From positions 480,001 to 544,000 of the forward strand of contig OZ242326.1 in assembly GCA_965208325.1 (NCBI GenBank): a stretch of 64,000 bases of DNA, read 5' to 3'. Below are positions 9,445 through 19,485 of the stretch, in pieces (within the stretch, counting starts at the first letter, position 1; every line of letters starts with the position of its first letter). The notes beneath the pieces are model-generated. The model searched no databases. It had not been told where the DNA came from and saw only the letters and a program-made list of their open reading frames with translations. The position numbers and the translations under genes are program-made. The DNA comes from Candidatus Poribacteria bacterium. Lineage in GTDB: Bacteria > Poribacteria > WGA-4E > PCPOR2b.

Positions 9445-10380
9445 ATGACCGAAACAAGTAAGGGCGGTCTCGCAATCGCTAAACACATTGCATCGTCCTA
9501 CGGTGATGACTCCGGTGTCAAGGTAATTTTCGTCGGCGGTTCAGTCTCACGCGGCTGCGCAGACGAATACTCCGATCTTGAAATCGGTATCTTCTGGGTG
9601 GAGAGGCCATCCGTTCGCATGCGGAAGGCTGCTATCAAACGTGCCGGCGGAGAACTATGGTCGTTGAACGAGTCGCAGGGGAGTGAGAAGTGGGGACTCA
9701 ACGAAATTACTGTCAATGGAAAATCCTACGCGGGTATGTTAATGGTTTCTACGATACATCTCAGTGTCACAGAAACGGAAACCCGCCTATCAGATGTTAT
9801 TGATTGTTACGATACTGACATTGAGAAGCAGGGATTGCTTTCCGCCATCCAACACGGATTTCCGTTGCACGGCACGGCGATTCTTGGGCGATGGCGGGCT
9901 AGGGCATCCGCATACCCTGATGAGCTTGCACGGCGAATGGTTCGAGAGAACCTCTGGATGGCACCGTGGTTCTGCCCTGAACAGTATATTGGCAGAGACG
10001 ACCTTATCGTCCTGTACGATCACTATATTCAGATTGCGCAGGGCATTCTCAAGGTGCTGTCGGGGCTGAACCGTGTCTATTATGCAACTCCTTATACCAA
10101 GTGGATGGATTGGCTAATTCAGCAGATGCCGATTGCCCCGCCGGACCTGTCAGTTCGGTTGAAGTCAATTTTCCATGCGGGTGCCGCATCCGCGTGGATT
10201 GAACTTAAAGCGTTGGTTTTCGAAACCTTATGCCTTGTTGAGGATCACATGGCTGATGTAGGTACGCCAGTTTCGGGCGAAAAGAATCCACCCCACGTCA
10301 ACATTGCATGGGCGAAAAGGCGGTGGATGCCTCACTCACCGTACAGCCTCATGCGGAATATCGCCGCCGCCGAATATTAG
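9445..10380 (+). CDS. Pol-beta-type nucleotidyltransferase with C-terminal helical domain (DUF4037/KNTase-like)
   Basis: VIFVGGSVSRGCADEYSDLEI motif; C-terminal YPDELARRM..LSGLNRVYY..KW segment. Confidence 0.75.
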   Translation: MTETSKGGLAIAKHIASSYGDDSGVKVIFVGGSVSRGCADEYSDLEIGIFWVERPSVRMRKAAIKRAGGELWSLNESQGSEKWGLNEITVNGKSYAGMLMVSTIHLSVTETETRLSDVIDCYDTDIEKQGLLSAIQHGFPLHGTAILGRWRARASAYPDELARRMVRENLWMAPWFCPEQYIGRDDLIVLYDHYIQIAQGILKVLSGLNRVYYATPYTKWMDWLIQQMPIAPPDLSVRLKSIFHAGAASAWIELKALVFETLCLVEDHMADVGTPVSGEKNPPHVNIAWAKRRWMPHSPYSLMRNIAAAEY

Positions 10381-10390
10381 GATTACTTAT

Positions 10391-11170
10391 ATGGCAAGCA
10401 TTTACGACTTTCCCGACGTCTACGATGCCGTGCTTCGATCGCCGCCTGATCAGATTGAAACAGAGGTTAACTCCATCCGGCAGTTACTGGGGGGGAGGCG
10501 AAGTGTAACCAAAGGCAGGATACTCGAACTTGCTTGTGGGACGTGTGCGCATGGAATACTTCTCGCTAAAAGCGGTTTTTCTGTAACAAGCATGGACATC
10601 AATCCGAACATGCTTGCCAGTGCACAGAATCGAATGGAAACTGCAGGAGTAAATATCCGACTCATTCAAGGTGATGTGGTTGATTTTAACCTAAGCGATA
10701 CAGGGTTTGACAGTGCGATTTTTATGGCAGAGACCTTCCCTCTCATTACCGCGTATGAAGATGTCAAGAGCCATTTTCAATCTGTGAGACGTCACCTCAA
10801 ACCGGGCGGACTCTACGTTATTGATATGGATAAACATTACTTCGCACCTCCAAAACGGGAAATAGGAGTGTGGAGTGAAAAAACAGTTCGCCTTGGCAAC
10901 GGACAAGTGGAGGTCTGGCTTGAGGATTATCCAGGTGATTGGGTTGAAGGAGTAAATCGCATGGCGATGCACTGCCGTATTCACCAAAATAATTCAGTCT
11001 ATGAGACAACCGACAATTGGAATATCCGGTATTATAACCCTTGGATGCTATCCCTACTGGCGCAAACATTGGAAGGATGGCGGTTAAAGGGATTCTTCTC
11101 GCGTCACAATCTGAACCAGGATATTGCCGAAGAATCACACTATTTCACAGTTTTGGAAAAAGCGTTTTAA
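10391..11170 (+). CDS. Class I SAM-dependent methyltransferase
   Basis: ILELACGT, MDINPNML, QGDVVDF, HLKPGGLYVID. Start moved to ATG 10391 to avoid overlap with the upstream gene. Confidence 0.9.
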   Translation: MASIYDFPDVYDAVLRSPPDQIETEVNSIRQLLGGRRSVTKGRILELACGTCAHGILLAKSGFSVTSMDINPNMLASAQNRMETAGVNIRLIQGDVVDFNLSDTGFDSAIFMAETFPLITAYEDVKSHFQSVRRHLKPGGLYVIDMDKHYFAPPKREIGVWSEKTVRLGNGQVEVWLEDYPGDWVEGVNRMAMHCRIHQNNSVYETTDNWNIRYYNPWMLSLLAQTLEGWRLKGFFSRHNLNQDIAEESHYFTVLEKAF

Positions 11171-11192
11171 ACCATACACCGAGAGGCGCGTG

Positions 11193-14100
11193 ATGTTTCG
11201 CCAAGTCCACAAGATTTTGGGGTTTATGATACTCCTGTCCGTGGGGAATGGTCTAGCACAAGGCTCCGAGAACGTGCAACGCAAGTTTCATGTAGCGGAA
11301 AGGCCGGCAGCAGACAACCAACTTCTTAGCGACCGCGTTCTATCACTAGCCGTCGATTCACGCTATGTGTGGGTTGGAACAGATCGGGGTTTGAGTCGGT
11401 ACGATAAACTGCGCGGCGAGTGGGACAATTTTACCGTTAAAGACGGCTTGGCGCATAACACTGTGGTTTCCATCGCTCTAGACAGCGATTTGGCGTGGAT
11501 TGGTACACGTGATGGTGTGAGTCGTTTTGACGTGCATACAAATACCTGGACACGCTACATGCCGCGTGATGGCTTGGCAGGGCGAATCATCTCCTGCGTC
11601 GCTGTGGATTCGAGATTCATCTGGTTTGGCACACCAAACGGACTGTCGCGCTACGACAAAGAGACGAATAGTTGGGCGCAGAAACGTGAAAAGGACGGAC
11701 TTGCCGGGGACGCTGTGACGCGCATTACCATTGATGAAGACTACATCTGGATTGGTACACGGAATGGGATCTCCAGATACGACAAACTCACCGATTCATG
11801 GAACAACTACGACAAAAACAGCGGTCTCGTTGACAACAGAGTGACGGCTATAGCCGCAGACGGAAATTTGGTTTGGTTCGGTACGGAAGAAAAAGGCCTC
11901 AGCCTCTATGACCGGCGGAATTCGGATTTCGTCAGGACGTATACCAAAAAAGATCAGCTGGCGAGCGATCACATTAGGGCATTAGCAGCCGATGGGACAT
12001 CACTGTGGTTAGGAACCGCCGATCGCGGTGTACAGCGATATATCTTATCTGTGAACACATGGCAGCAATACACGGTTTTAAATCCTGAAAAAACGGAAAA
12101 TACGGCGCCAACTGGGTTAATTTCCAATCACATAACGGCGATTGCACCTGACGGTAACATGGTGTGGTTCGGCACACACGAACATGGACTGGCGCGGCAT
12201 GACTTGCTCAGTGGAACGTGGAAATTTTACGGCGAAGTAAAAGCGCTGAGCGACAACGATGTTAAAGATGTGGCTGTAACGGACGAATCGGTTTGGGTAG
12301 CGACGCGATTTGGATTGAATCAAGCATCGTATCCGGAAGTTGCGGAGTTTTCGACTGGATGTGATTGGCGAACATTTCGTAAAGCGGACGGTTTGGCGGA
12401 TAACTATATCACTTGTGTTTTGCAAGTGGAAGAAGACGTTTGGGTCGGTACGCCGAGTGGTTTGGGGTTGCGGCATGGAGACGAGGGTGAGTGGGTGTTT
12501 TTTTCGACGAAAGATGGACTTCCGCATGACTTCGTGACCTGCCTGGCGTGGCAACCGGCGGCCAGAGACACCGAGAAGCAGAATTCATGGGAAAGTCCGG
12601 GGAATGTGAAGGGGAAGACTGACGGCAGCACGCAATCAGGTTTTGATTCGCGTCTATGGATTGGGACAAAAGCCGGACTTTCGACATACGAACCGCAAAG
12701 CCGCCAATGGAATACGCATCCGTCGCCATTGCAAATTTCAGGTCGTGTTAGCGACATTGTATTCGGCGGTGATTTCGTCTGGATCGCCACGGAGTATGGA
12801 CTTGTTTATTATGATGGGACCTCAGGTGAATCAGGAAAACTGACCGTCAAGGACGGTTTACCTGCAGACATGATTAACACGGCTGCTATAGGCAATCGGT
12901 CTATATGGGTTGGCACACTGTCGGGCTTATCACAGTTGAGCAAATCATCATTCAAAACTCGTTCGCACGCGTCCGCCACGCACTTACCGCGTTCAAACGT
13001 CAGGGCGGTTGCCGTTGATGGCAAAGACGTCTGGGTTGGAACTCCGTCTGGTTTGTATTGCGTTGCTGGCGATGCATTTACACATTACACACGCGAGAGC
13101 ACCGATGGCGGGCTTGTTAGCGATAATGTTAAAGCTATTGAGATCAACGGCGGCAAAGTTTGGGTCGGTACCACTGCGGGCTTTAGTGTCTTGGATAAGC
13201 ATGGAAAGAAATGGTCGAAACATGCAGCTGCGGCAACCACAGAAGTGCTGCGATCCAATTGGGTAAGCAAGCTCACCGAGGATGGAACTGACATTTGGTT
13301 CGGCAATTGGAATGACTCTGCAGATGGCGCCATTGTAAAGTACGATAGACGAACAGATACCTTTCAATTCTTCGACAAAGATGACCTACCATTGAAACCC
13401 GCCGGCCGACCGATTACGCACATCCACGTACTAACCGTGGGGGAAAATGGGGTTTGGGCCGGCACTAACGGAGGGCTGTTACGCTACGACAAAACGAAGG
13501 ATTCATGGCGTCATTACACCGTGTACGACGGTCTTCCGAACAATGAAGTCTGGAGTATCATCTTCGATTCGCCCTACGTATGGACAGCACATATTGGCGG
13601 CGTGGTTAGTCGATATTCGATGGCAATGGATGAATGGACATCTTTCGAAATTTCGCCAAGCGAAACATGGAGCGGAGTCGGGTCCATGGCAGTTGACCCG
13701 CAATATGTTTGGGTCACGACGATGTGGGATGGGCTCAAGCGATACGAAAAATCAACGGGTACATGGACAAATGTCACGGAAGTACACGGTTTGGGTGATA
13801 ACGAAGCGAACGATCTACTTGTTGACGGTGAGCATGTCTGGGTCACGGGTTGGGGGGATGCCAGCCGATACAATCGGCGAACCGGGGAATGGAATGTCTT
13901 CAGCCGGTGGCGCGTGCTCTCCGGTCCGAATATTTACCTCAGTAGAGGTCTGAACGGAGTTTGGCTTGCATACCCATGGTTAAGTTGGGGCGATGCAATC
14001 GCCTCAAAATTTCACAATAAATCCGGTTCATGGACAACATTGAAAGTGCCGGAAATTGAAGGGGGCTATTTTGGACGTACCATGCAGGTTGTGGAATCCA

Positions 14101-15332
14101 TTGACAGTGTTTGGTTCGCGGTGGAATGGCTGGGATTGGCTCGATATAATAAAGCCTCAAACGACTGGACATTCTTCGATGAAAAAAATGGTCTTGCAAG
14201 CGGCGAGCTGCATGAGCACTCGATAGTCGTCGATGAAAACTATGTCTGGGTGGGAACGGCTGGTGGATTGGGTCGGTATGACATTGAGAGTGAGGTCTGG
14301 ACGACTTTCACGCAGTCGCCATTAACGCCGATTGGACGTGCTCCAAAAGTGTACGCCATTGCGGCTGAAGCGCGTTTTGTGTGGTTGGGAACCGCAAACG
14401 GCCTGCATCGGTATGACAAAGATACAGGCCGATGGTACTCCCCGCGACCAATGGGAAGACACGGTGAAATGGTGAATAATCCAAGCATCGCAAGTATTGC
14501 AATTGACGAAAAATATGTTTGGCTAGGTACTAACGAAGGTGTCTTGCGGTATGATAAGGCCGGAGACTACTGGGAAGTGTACACAGATGAAAACGGTCTT
14601 CCATCCAACGCTATCCGAGATGTGGCAGTCAAAAGCTACGAAGTGTGGATTGCGACGAATCATGGTGCCGCGGTATTCAACCGACTCTCAGACGATCCAA
14701 ACACTTGGGAGCCGCACACACAGGAGCTGGAAATCAAAGGGATGCAAGATGTCAAAAAGTACGCACAGACGCTGTTGAGCAATGATGTCCGGTGCATCGG
14801 CGTCGGCGCTAGGTCTATATGGTTCGGTACGGACAAAGGCGCCTGCCGCTACGATAGAGAGAAAAAAACATGGAAACCCTTAATTGCAAATATTGCATCT
14901 TCATCACAAATTGCCGGATTCTCAGAGTCTCACGCCCATCACACACCGAATATTGCCGACATCAGCGCAATCGCCGTTGATGAAGATTTTGTCTGGTTCG
15001 GCACCGAGCACGGCGCGATGAAGTATCACCTAGAATCCGGGAAATTCGACACGTTCACTCAATCGGACGGTTTAGCGGGAAATATCGTTACGTGTATCGC
15101 TCTCAACGACGAGGAAATCTGGTTCGGATCGGCGAACGCGGGGGTCGCACGTATGGATAAAGCCACAGGTAAATGGCGCGTCTTTGACACAAGCCATGGT
15201 CTGCTCCACAATCGAGTGGAAGCCATCGCGTTTGACGGGGACCAGCGGTGGTTCGGCACAGAGCTTGGACTGTGTCGGTATGATCCAAAAACCGAAACAT
15301 GGACAAGTTATGCGGAGGGTTTCAATCCTTGA
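11193..15332 (+). CDS. Giant secreted multi-beta-propeller protein, paralogue 2
   Basis: Sec signal MFRQVHKILGFMILLSVGNGLA|Q after GAGAGG RBS; 29 blade motifs collinear with paralogue 1. Confidence 0.85.
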   Translation: MFRQVHKILGFMILLSVGNGLAQGSENVQRKFHVAERPAADNQLLSDRVLSLAVDSRYVWVGTDRGLSRYDKLRGEWDNFTVKDGLAHNTVVSIALDSDLAWIGTRDGVSRFDVHTNTWTRYMPRDGLAGRIISCVAVDSRFIWFGTPNGLSRYDKETNSWAQKREKDGLAGDAVTRITIDEDYIWIGTRNGISRYDKLTDSWNNYDKNSGLVDNRVTAIAADGNLVWFGTEEKGLSLYDRRNSDFVRTYTKKDQLASDHIRALAADGTSLWLGTADRGVQRYILSVNTWQQYTVLNPEKTENTAPTGLISNHITAIAPDGNMVWFGTHEHGLARHDLLSGTWKFYGEVKALSDNDVKDVAVTDESVWVATRFGLNQASYPEVAEFSTGCDWRTFRKADGLADNYITCVLQVEEDVWVGTPSGLGLRHGDEGEWVFFSTKDGLPHDFVTCLAWQPAARDTEKQNSWESPGNVKGKTDGSTQSGFDSRLWIGTKAGLSTYEPQSRQWNTHPSPLQISGRVSDIVFGGDFVWIATEYGLVYYDGTSGESGKLTVKDGLPADMINTAAIGNRSIWVGTLSGLSQLSKSSFKTRSHASATHLPRSNVRAVAVDGKDVWVGTPSGLYCVAGDAFTHYTRESTDGGLVSDNVKAIEINGGKVWVGTTAGFSVLDKHGKKWSKHAAAATTEVLRSNWVSKLTEDGTDIWFGNWNDSADGAIVKYDRRTDTFQFFDKDDLPLKPAGRPITHIHVLTVGENGVWAGTNGGLLRYDKTKDSWRHYTVYDGLPNNEVWSIIFDSPYVWTAHIGGVVSRYSMAMDEWTSFEISPSETWSGVGSMAVDPQYVWVTTMWDGLKRYEKSTGTWTNVTEVHGLGDNEANDLLVDGEHVWVTGWGDASRYNRRTGEWNVFSRWRVLSGPNIYLSRGLNGVWLAYPWLSWGDAIASKFHNKSGSWTTLKVPEIEGGYFGRTMQVVESIDSVWFAVEWLGLARYNKASNDWTFFDEKNGLASGELHEHSIVVDENYVWVGTAGGLGRYDIESEVWTTFTQSPLTPIGRAPKVYAIAAEARFVWLGTANGLHRYDKDTGRWYSPRPMGRHGEMVNNPSIASIAIDEKYVWLGTNEGVLRYDKAGDYWEVYTDENGLPSNAIRDVAVKSYEVWIATNHGAAVFNRLSDDPNTWEPHTQELEIKGMQDVKKYAQTLLSNDVRCIGVGARSIWFGTDKGACRYDREKKTWKPLIANIASSSQIAGFSESHAHHTPNIADISAIAVDEDFVWFGTEHGAMKYHLESGKFDTFTQSDGLAGNIVTCIALNDEEIWFGSANAGVARMDKATGKWRVFDTSHGLLHNRVEAIAFDGDQRWFGTELGLCRYDPKTETWTSYAEGFNP

Positions 15333-15365
15333 CGGTCCAAGGATTTCCAGCAGAGAAATGACAAT

Positions 15366-18300
15366 ATGAAGAAACAGGTGAAATGCACCATACAGATTTT
15401 GCATTACTTATTGCTAATCTCCCTGATCGGGAGCGGTTTGGCTCAGCTTAACTCACAGGACGAAAAATCGGCTGTTCTTGAGGAATCGGCCCTTGCCCAA
15501 CTGGCATCAGAAAATACGTTGGTGAGCGATAACATCCGCTGCGTTTCAACTTCAGCCGACTACGTTTGGGTAGCAACAGACCGAGGCGTCAGCATCTACC
15601 ATAAGGCGGATAGCCGCTGGACGAAGTTAGATTGGGAAGACGGTTTAGTCTCGGACGATGTCACAGCGTTGTCCGCCGATCGAGAGTTTCTCTGGGTAGG
15701 TACAACTCTGGGAATCAGCCTATACAACATAGAGAATGGCAGTTTGACGAAGTTTCAACGGCGCGACGGTTTAGCAAGCAACAAAGTCACCGCAATCGCT
15801 GTGGACGGAAATTACACCTGGGTCGGTACGGAGTCCGGTATTTCGCGTTATGATAAGACAACGGGTACATGGGCATTACAACGTGAGAAAGACAAAGATC
15901 GGTTTAACTCCATTACCGCAATTGCTGTGGAATCGGAGTATGTTTGGTTTGGTACAGAAAATGGACTACGGCGATACGATAAGTTAAAAGACGCATGGAA
16001 CGCATACACGAAAGAGGACGGGCTGGTGGAAAACCATGTCCGCTGTATTGCATTAAGCCCTGATTCTGTTTGGGTGGGAACAGAGAAATCGGGTGTGAGC
16101 AAATACAGTGTAGCCAACCAATCCTTCACCGAAAGCTATACGCGGACAGATCTATTGGAAAGCGATTTCATCAGGGCGATTGCCGTTGACGGCGACAATG
16201 TCTGGTTTGGTTCCGCGGACCGCGGTATTCGTCGGTTTATTTCAACGGTGAATACTTGGTTTAAGTACACGACTGGCAAGGGTTTAGTTAGCGACCACAT
16301 TTCTTGGCTGCATGTTGATGGCGGTCACATTTGGATCGGCACCTACGAGTTCGGTTTGGGTCAATTCGATAAAACGAACGATGGCTGGACATGGTATTCA
16401 AAGCGAGATTCGCTGGTGTCCAATCAAATCAAATCCGTCGTATCAACTGAGAAGGCACTCTGGATTGGTACGAATAAAGGCTTAAGTCGCTATGCACCTC
16501 AAAAAAAGTCGTGGAAAACGTTCACGAAGGCAGATGGTTTAGTAACAAATTATATTACGCATCTGACGAAGGGTGTGGATAATAGCACGATATGGGTCGG
16601 GACGCCACTGGGGTTAGGGGCACTAGTCGGAAAACAGTGGAGATTCTATACGGAAAGGCATGGACTGGCAAATGATTACGTTACCGGTATCAGTGCGGTT
16701 CCCGGTAAGATTTGGGTTGCGACCAAGGGGGGAGTGAGTTCTTTTTCCGTAACCGCAAACCGGGAAACTGGGATTGAACAGACTAGCGCATCAACAATTG
16801 GGCAAGACTCACCGCACGTTTCATCCGGCGTCACCCTTTATGATTCACAAACGTATCTTACAAGCAAGTGGGTAACCGCCGTGCTGGTGATTGGGCAAAA
16901 TGTGTGGGCGGGCACAACAGATGGGCTGTACCGGATAAACGATGAAACAGGTGAATTTGAGCCCGTTCTGGAAGTTAGGAATTATGTTAACGCACTTTCC
17001 TCTAGTGTTGATAGGCAATTGCTGGTTGGCACGCGAAACGGCTTGTGGATCATAGGTGGCGAAAAGTCATCACATATCACGGAGGGATTGCCGAACTTGA
17101 ATGTCAGGAGCGTCGCGGAAGACAACGGTACCATCTGGGTAGGAACTCCGGGCGGTGTTGCGCGTCTGAATGACGGAAACGTTAATCAGGTTATTACGAT
17201 GCAGGCTGCCGGTTTGCTTCACGATAATGTACGGAGCATTGTGGTCTCGGATCAGCAGGTTTATTTCGGTACTGCCGCCGGTCTCGCTATCTATAACGTA
17301 GAGAAAAATCAGTGGGAACAATATAAACCGTATTACGACACAGAAATCCTTAAAGAGGAGCAAATTCGTTGGATAGAGTTGGATGAGCACAATCTATGGG
17401 CTCTTAATTGGTCGTCTTCTCCGAATGGCGCAATATTAAAATTCGATCGGCGTACTGAGACTTGGATCGAATACACGAAATACGCTCTGCCTCTCTCTTC
17501 AAATGTCCCGTTTATCACCGAAATTCACCGCCTTGCGGTAGGTGAAGAGGATGTCTGGTTTGCCGCTGGAGACGGCGGCGTACTTCGGTACAATAAAGCA
17601 TCGGATACATGGACCCACATCACTATGCCCACTGGGATACCGGGGCACCAAGCTATGCTAATCGAGCTTGACGGACCGAATGGCGTTTGGGTTTCATTCC
17701 AAGGCGGCATAGCAGGGAAGTACGATACGCGAACGCAGCAATGGGAGACCGTGAAGGTGACAGATTCTGGTGCAGGAACGCGCATTGAGGACATTGCTTG
17801 CACAAACGACTACGTCTGGTTCGCTACAAATAGCGCAGGGGTCAGAAGATATGAACAAGCCACGCAAACCTGGAAATCGTACACAGAAGCGCAAGGTATG
17901 GCGTCGCGGTTTACTCCGTGGATTGACGCGGACGGCGAAGGCGTGTGGACTAGCGGCGGTACTTCTTGGTCATGGGTCAGTGACCGCGGGGTGCAAGGAG
18001 TGAGTTTCTATCGCCCAAAAGAAAACAGTTGGACATTTTTTGACCGGAGAAACGGTTTGCGTGCAGAGGCGACCGGATACGGACAGGTTGGCAAAGATTA
18101 TGTTTGGTGCTTTGGAGGGGAAGGAATCAACAGATACCATAAAACAAGGAAATCTTGGACTTCCTTCAATTCGAGCGATGGTTTGATAGTCCATAATGTC
18201 CGTGCAGTCGCAAGAGACAGTGACGGTTTCTGGGTAGGTTCGGATGAAAGCGGTATCTGGAAGTATGCGCAAGCCTCTGGTGCATGGACAGTGTTCACTG

Positions 18301-19448
18301 TTGAGGACGGTTTGATTGATGGCAGCGTCCAACCTTACGCGCTCAAAGTTGGTCCGGAACATGTGTGGGTTGGAACGTCACAAGGATTAAGCCGATACGA
18401 TAAGAGGAGGAGGACATGGATTTCGTTAATGAAGCCGGCCACATTGGCGGACCGCCGAGCCGTCTCTGTTGCTGCTGATAGCCAATTTGTATGGGTCGGA
18501 ACACACCGCGGCTTGAGTCGATACGACAAAAGGTACGACAGATGGAGACATTTTAGGACTGAAGAGCAAGAAAACGAGGATAATGGAGACGATGAGGACG
18601 ATAAAACTAAGCAAGAAAAAAGGAACCAACTGGTGGACAACAGTGTCGTAGATCTATCTGTCGGTGTACGGTACGTTTGGATCGCGACTGAAGGCGGGGT
18701 GGGCCGGTACGACAAAATCGCTAATCGTTTTGAATCGTATACCCACGAGAACCAACTGCCGAGCGTCGATATCCGAGCGGTTGCAGAGAATGAAAGCGAT
18801 GTGTGGATTGGGACGAAAAACGGTATTGGCAAGCACAGTATTCTTTCGGAAGATCGAAATGCCTGGGAAACATTTAACACTGCGATTGAAATCCTGCCAA
18901 CAGTGAAAGGTAAGTACGCTAAGAGCTTGGAAAATGATGACGTGCGATGCCTTGCAGTCGATGATTTTCGAGTTTGGGTCGGAACCAAAACGGGCGTGTC
19001 ACTCTATGAAATTGAAAAAGGGACGTGGAGTACCTTTACTCAAAAGGACGGGTTGGCAAGTGACGAGGTAAGTTGTATTACTTTTGACGAGGGGCGCGTA
19101 TGGTTTGGAAGCGGGCGCGGTGTGACAGTTTATGATACGGAAAATGATACTTGGAAGGTTCTTACGGAAGCGGATGGGTTGGGTTCAAATCTAATCACGT
19201 CAATTGCAAATCACCGGAGCCAAATCTGGTTTGGCACATTCGATAGTGGAGCCACTGTGTATGACAAAATCACCGGAAAATTCACGACCTTCACCAAAGC
19301 TGATGGCCTTCCTCATAATGGCATCCTGTCGATCGCGGCTGACGGTAACTGTCTCTGGTTCGGCACACACGGCGGGTTGACCCGATACGATTCTTTAGCT
19401 GGGACGTGGACAGTCTATACTGAGCGATTTGACTATGATGGGCTGTAG
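15366..19448 (+). CDS. Giant secreted multi-beta-propeller protein, paralogue 3
   Basis: Sec signal ending LIGSGLA|Q; 29 blade motifs collinear with paralogues 1 and 2; acidic insertion EEQENEDNGDDEDD. Confidence 0.85.
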   Translation: MKKQVKCTIQILHYLLLISLIGSGLAQLNSQDEKSAVLEESALAQLASENTLVSDNIRCVSTSADYVWVATDRGVSIYHKADSRWTKLDWEDGLVSDDVTALSADREFLWVGTTLGISLYNIENGSLTKFQRRDGLASNKVTAIAVDGNYTWVGTESGISRYDKTTGTWALQREKDKDRFNSITAIAVESEYVWFGTENGLRRYDKLKDAWNAYTKEDGLVENHVRCIALSPDSVWVGTEKSGVSKYSVANQSFTESYTRTDLLESDFIRAIAVDGDNVWFGSADRGIRRFISTVNTWFKYTTGKGLVSDHISWLHVDGGHIWIGTYEFGLGQFDKTNDGWTWYSKRDSLVSNQIKSVVSTEKALWIGTNKGLSRYAPQKKSWKTFTKADGLVTNYITHLTKGVDNSTIWVGTPLGLGALVGKQWRFYTERHGLANDYVTGISAVPGKIWVATKGGVSSFSVTANRETGIEQTSASTIGQDSPHVSSGVTLYDSQTYLTSKWVTAVLVIGQNVWAGTTDGLYRINDETGEFEPVLEVRNYVNALSSSVDRQLLVGTRNGLWIIGGEKSSHITEGLPNLNVRSVAEDNGTIWVGTPGGVARLNDGNVNQVITMQAAGLLHDNVRSIVVSDQQVYFGTAAGLAIYNVEKNQWEQYKPYYDTEILKEEQIRWIELDEHNLWALNWSSSPNGAILKFDRRTETWIEYTKYALPLSSNVPFITEIHRLAVGEEDVWFAAGDGGVLRYNKASDTWTHITMPTGIPGHQAMLIELDGPNGVWVSFQGGIAGKYDTRTQQWETVKVTDSGAGTRIEDIACTNDYVWFATNSAGVRRYEQATQTWKSYTEAQGMASRFTPWIDADGEGVWTSGGTSWSWVSDRGVQGVSFYRPKENSWTFFDRRNGLRAEATGYGQVGKDYVWCFGGEGINRYHKTRKSWTSFNSSDGLIVHNVRAVARDSDGFWVGSDESGIWKYAQASGAWTVFTVEDGLIDGSVQPYALKVGPEHVWVGTSQGLSRYDKRRRTWISLMKPATLADRRAVSVAADSQFVWVGTHRGLSRYDKRYDRWRHFRTEEQENEDNGDDEDDKTKQEKRNQLVDNSVVDLSVGVRYVWIATEGGVGRYDKIANRFESYTHENQLPSVDIRAVAENESDVWIGTKNGIGKHSILSEDRNAWETFNTAIEILPTVKGKYAKSLENDDVRCLAVDDFRVWVGTKTGVSLYEIEKGTWSTFTQKDGLASDEVSCITFDEGRVWFGSGRGVTVYDTENDTWKVLTEADGLGSNLITSIANHRSQIWFGTFDSGATVYDKITGKFTTFTKADGLPHNGILSIAADGNCLWFGTHGGLTRYDSLAGTWTVYTERFDYDGL

Positions 19449-19485
19449 AGCTTAATACACAATACACATTGAGGAAGTTAATCAG

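Noticed and set aside
9445..10380. MNT-HEPN toxin-antitoxin or CBASS cyclase
   Set aside because: A single 311-aa protein with no separate HEPN (Rx4-6H) partner or effector gene; the neighbour is a small-molecule-type methyltransferase.
10304..11192. ORF-track starts at 10304 and 11124 implying long gene overlaps
   Set aside because: Downstream ATGs (10391, 11193) remove the overlaps and, for paralogue 2, give a proper signal peptide and RBS.
18335..18988. Long antisense ORFs (also 102-824, 24528-25034, 27656-28168, 38278-38994)
   Set aside because: Shadow frames of well-supported genes, with no recognisable motifs.
5353..19448. Hybrid two-component sensor kinases
   Set aside because: The blades resemble Reg_prop, but no Y_Y_Y, TM, HisKA, HATPase or receiver sequence follows in any paralogue.
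5353..19448. CRISPR array, DNA tandem repeat or diversity-generating retroelement
   Set aside because: Repetition is only at the protein level with diverged codons; no identical direct repeats, template/variable repeat pair, cas gene or reverse transcriptase was seen.
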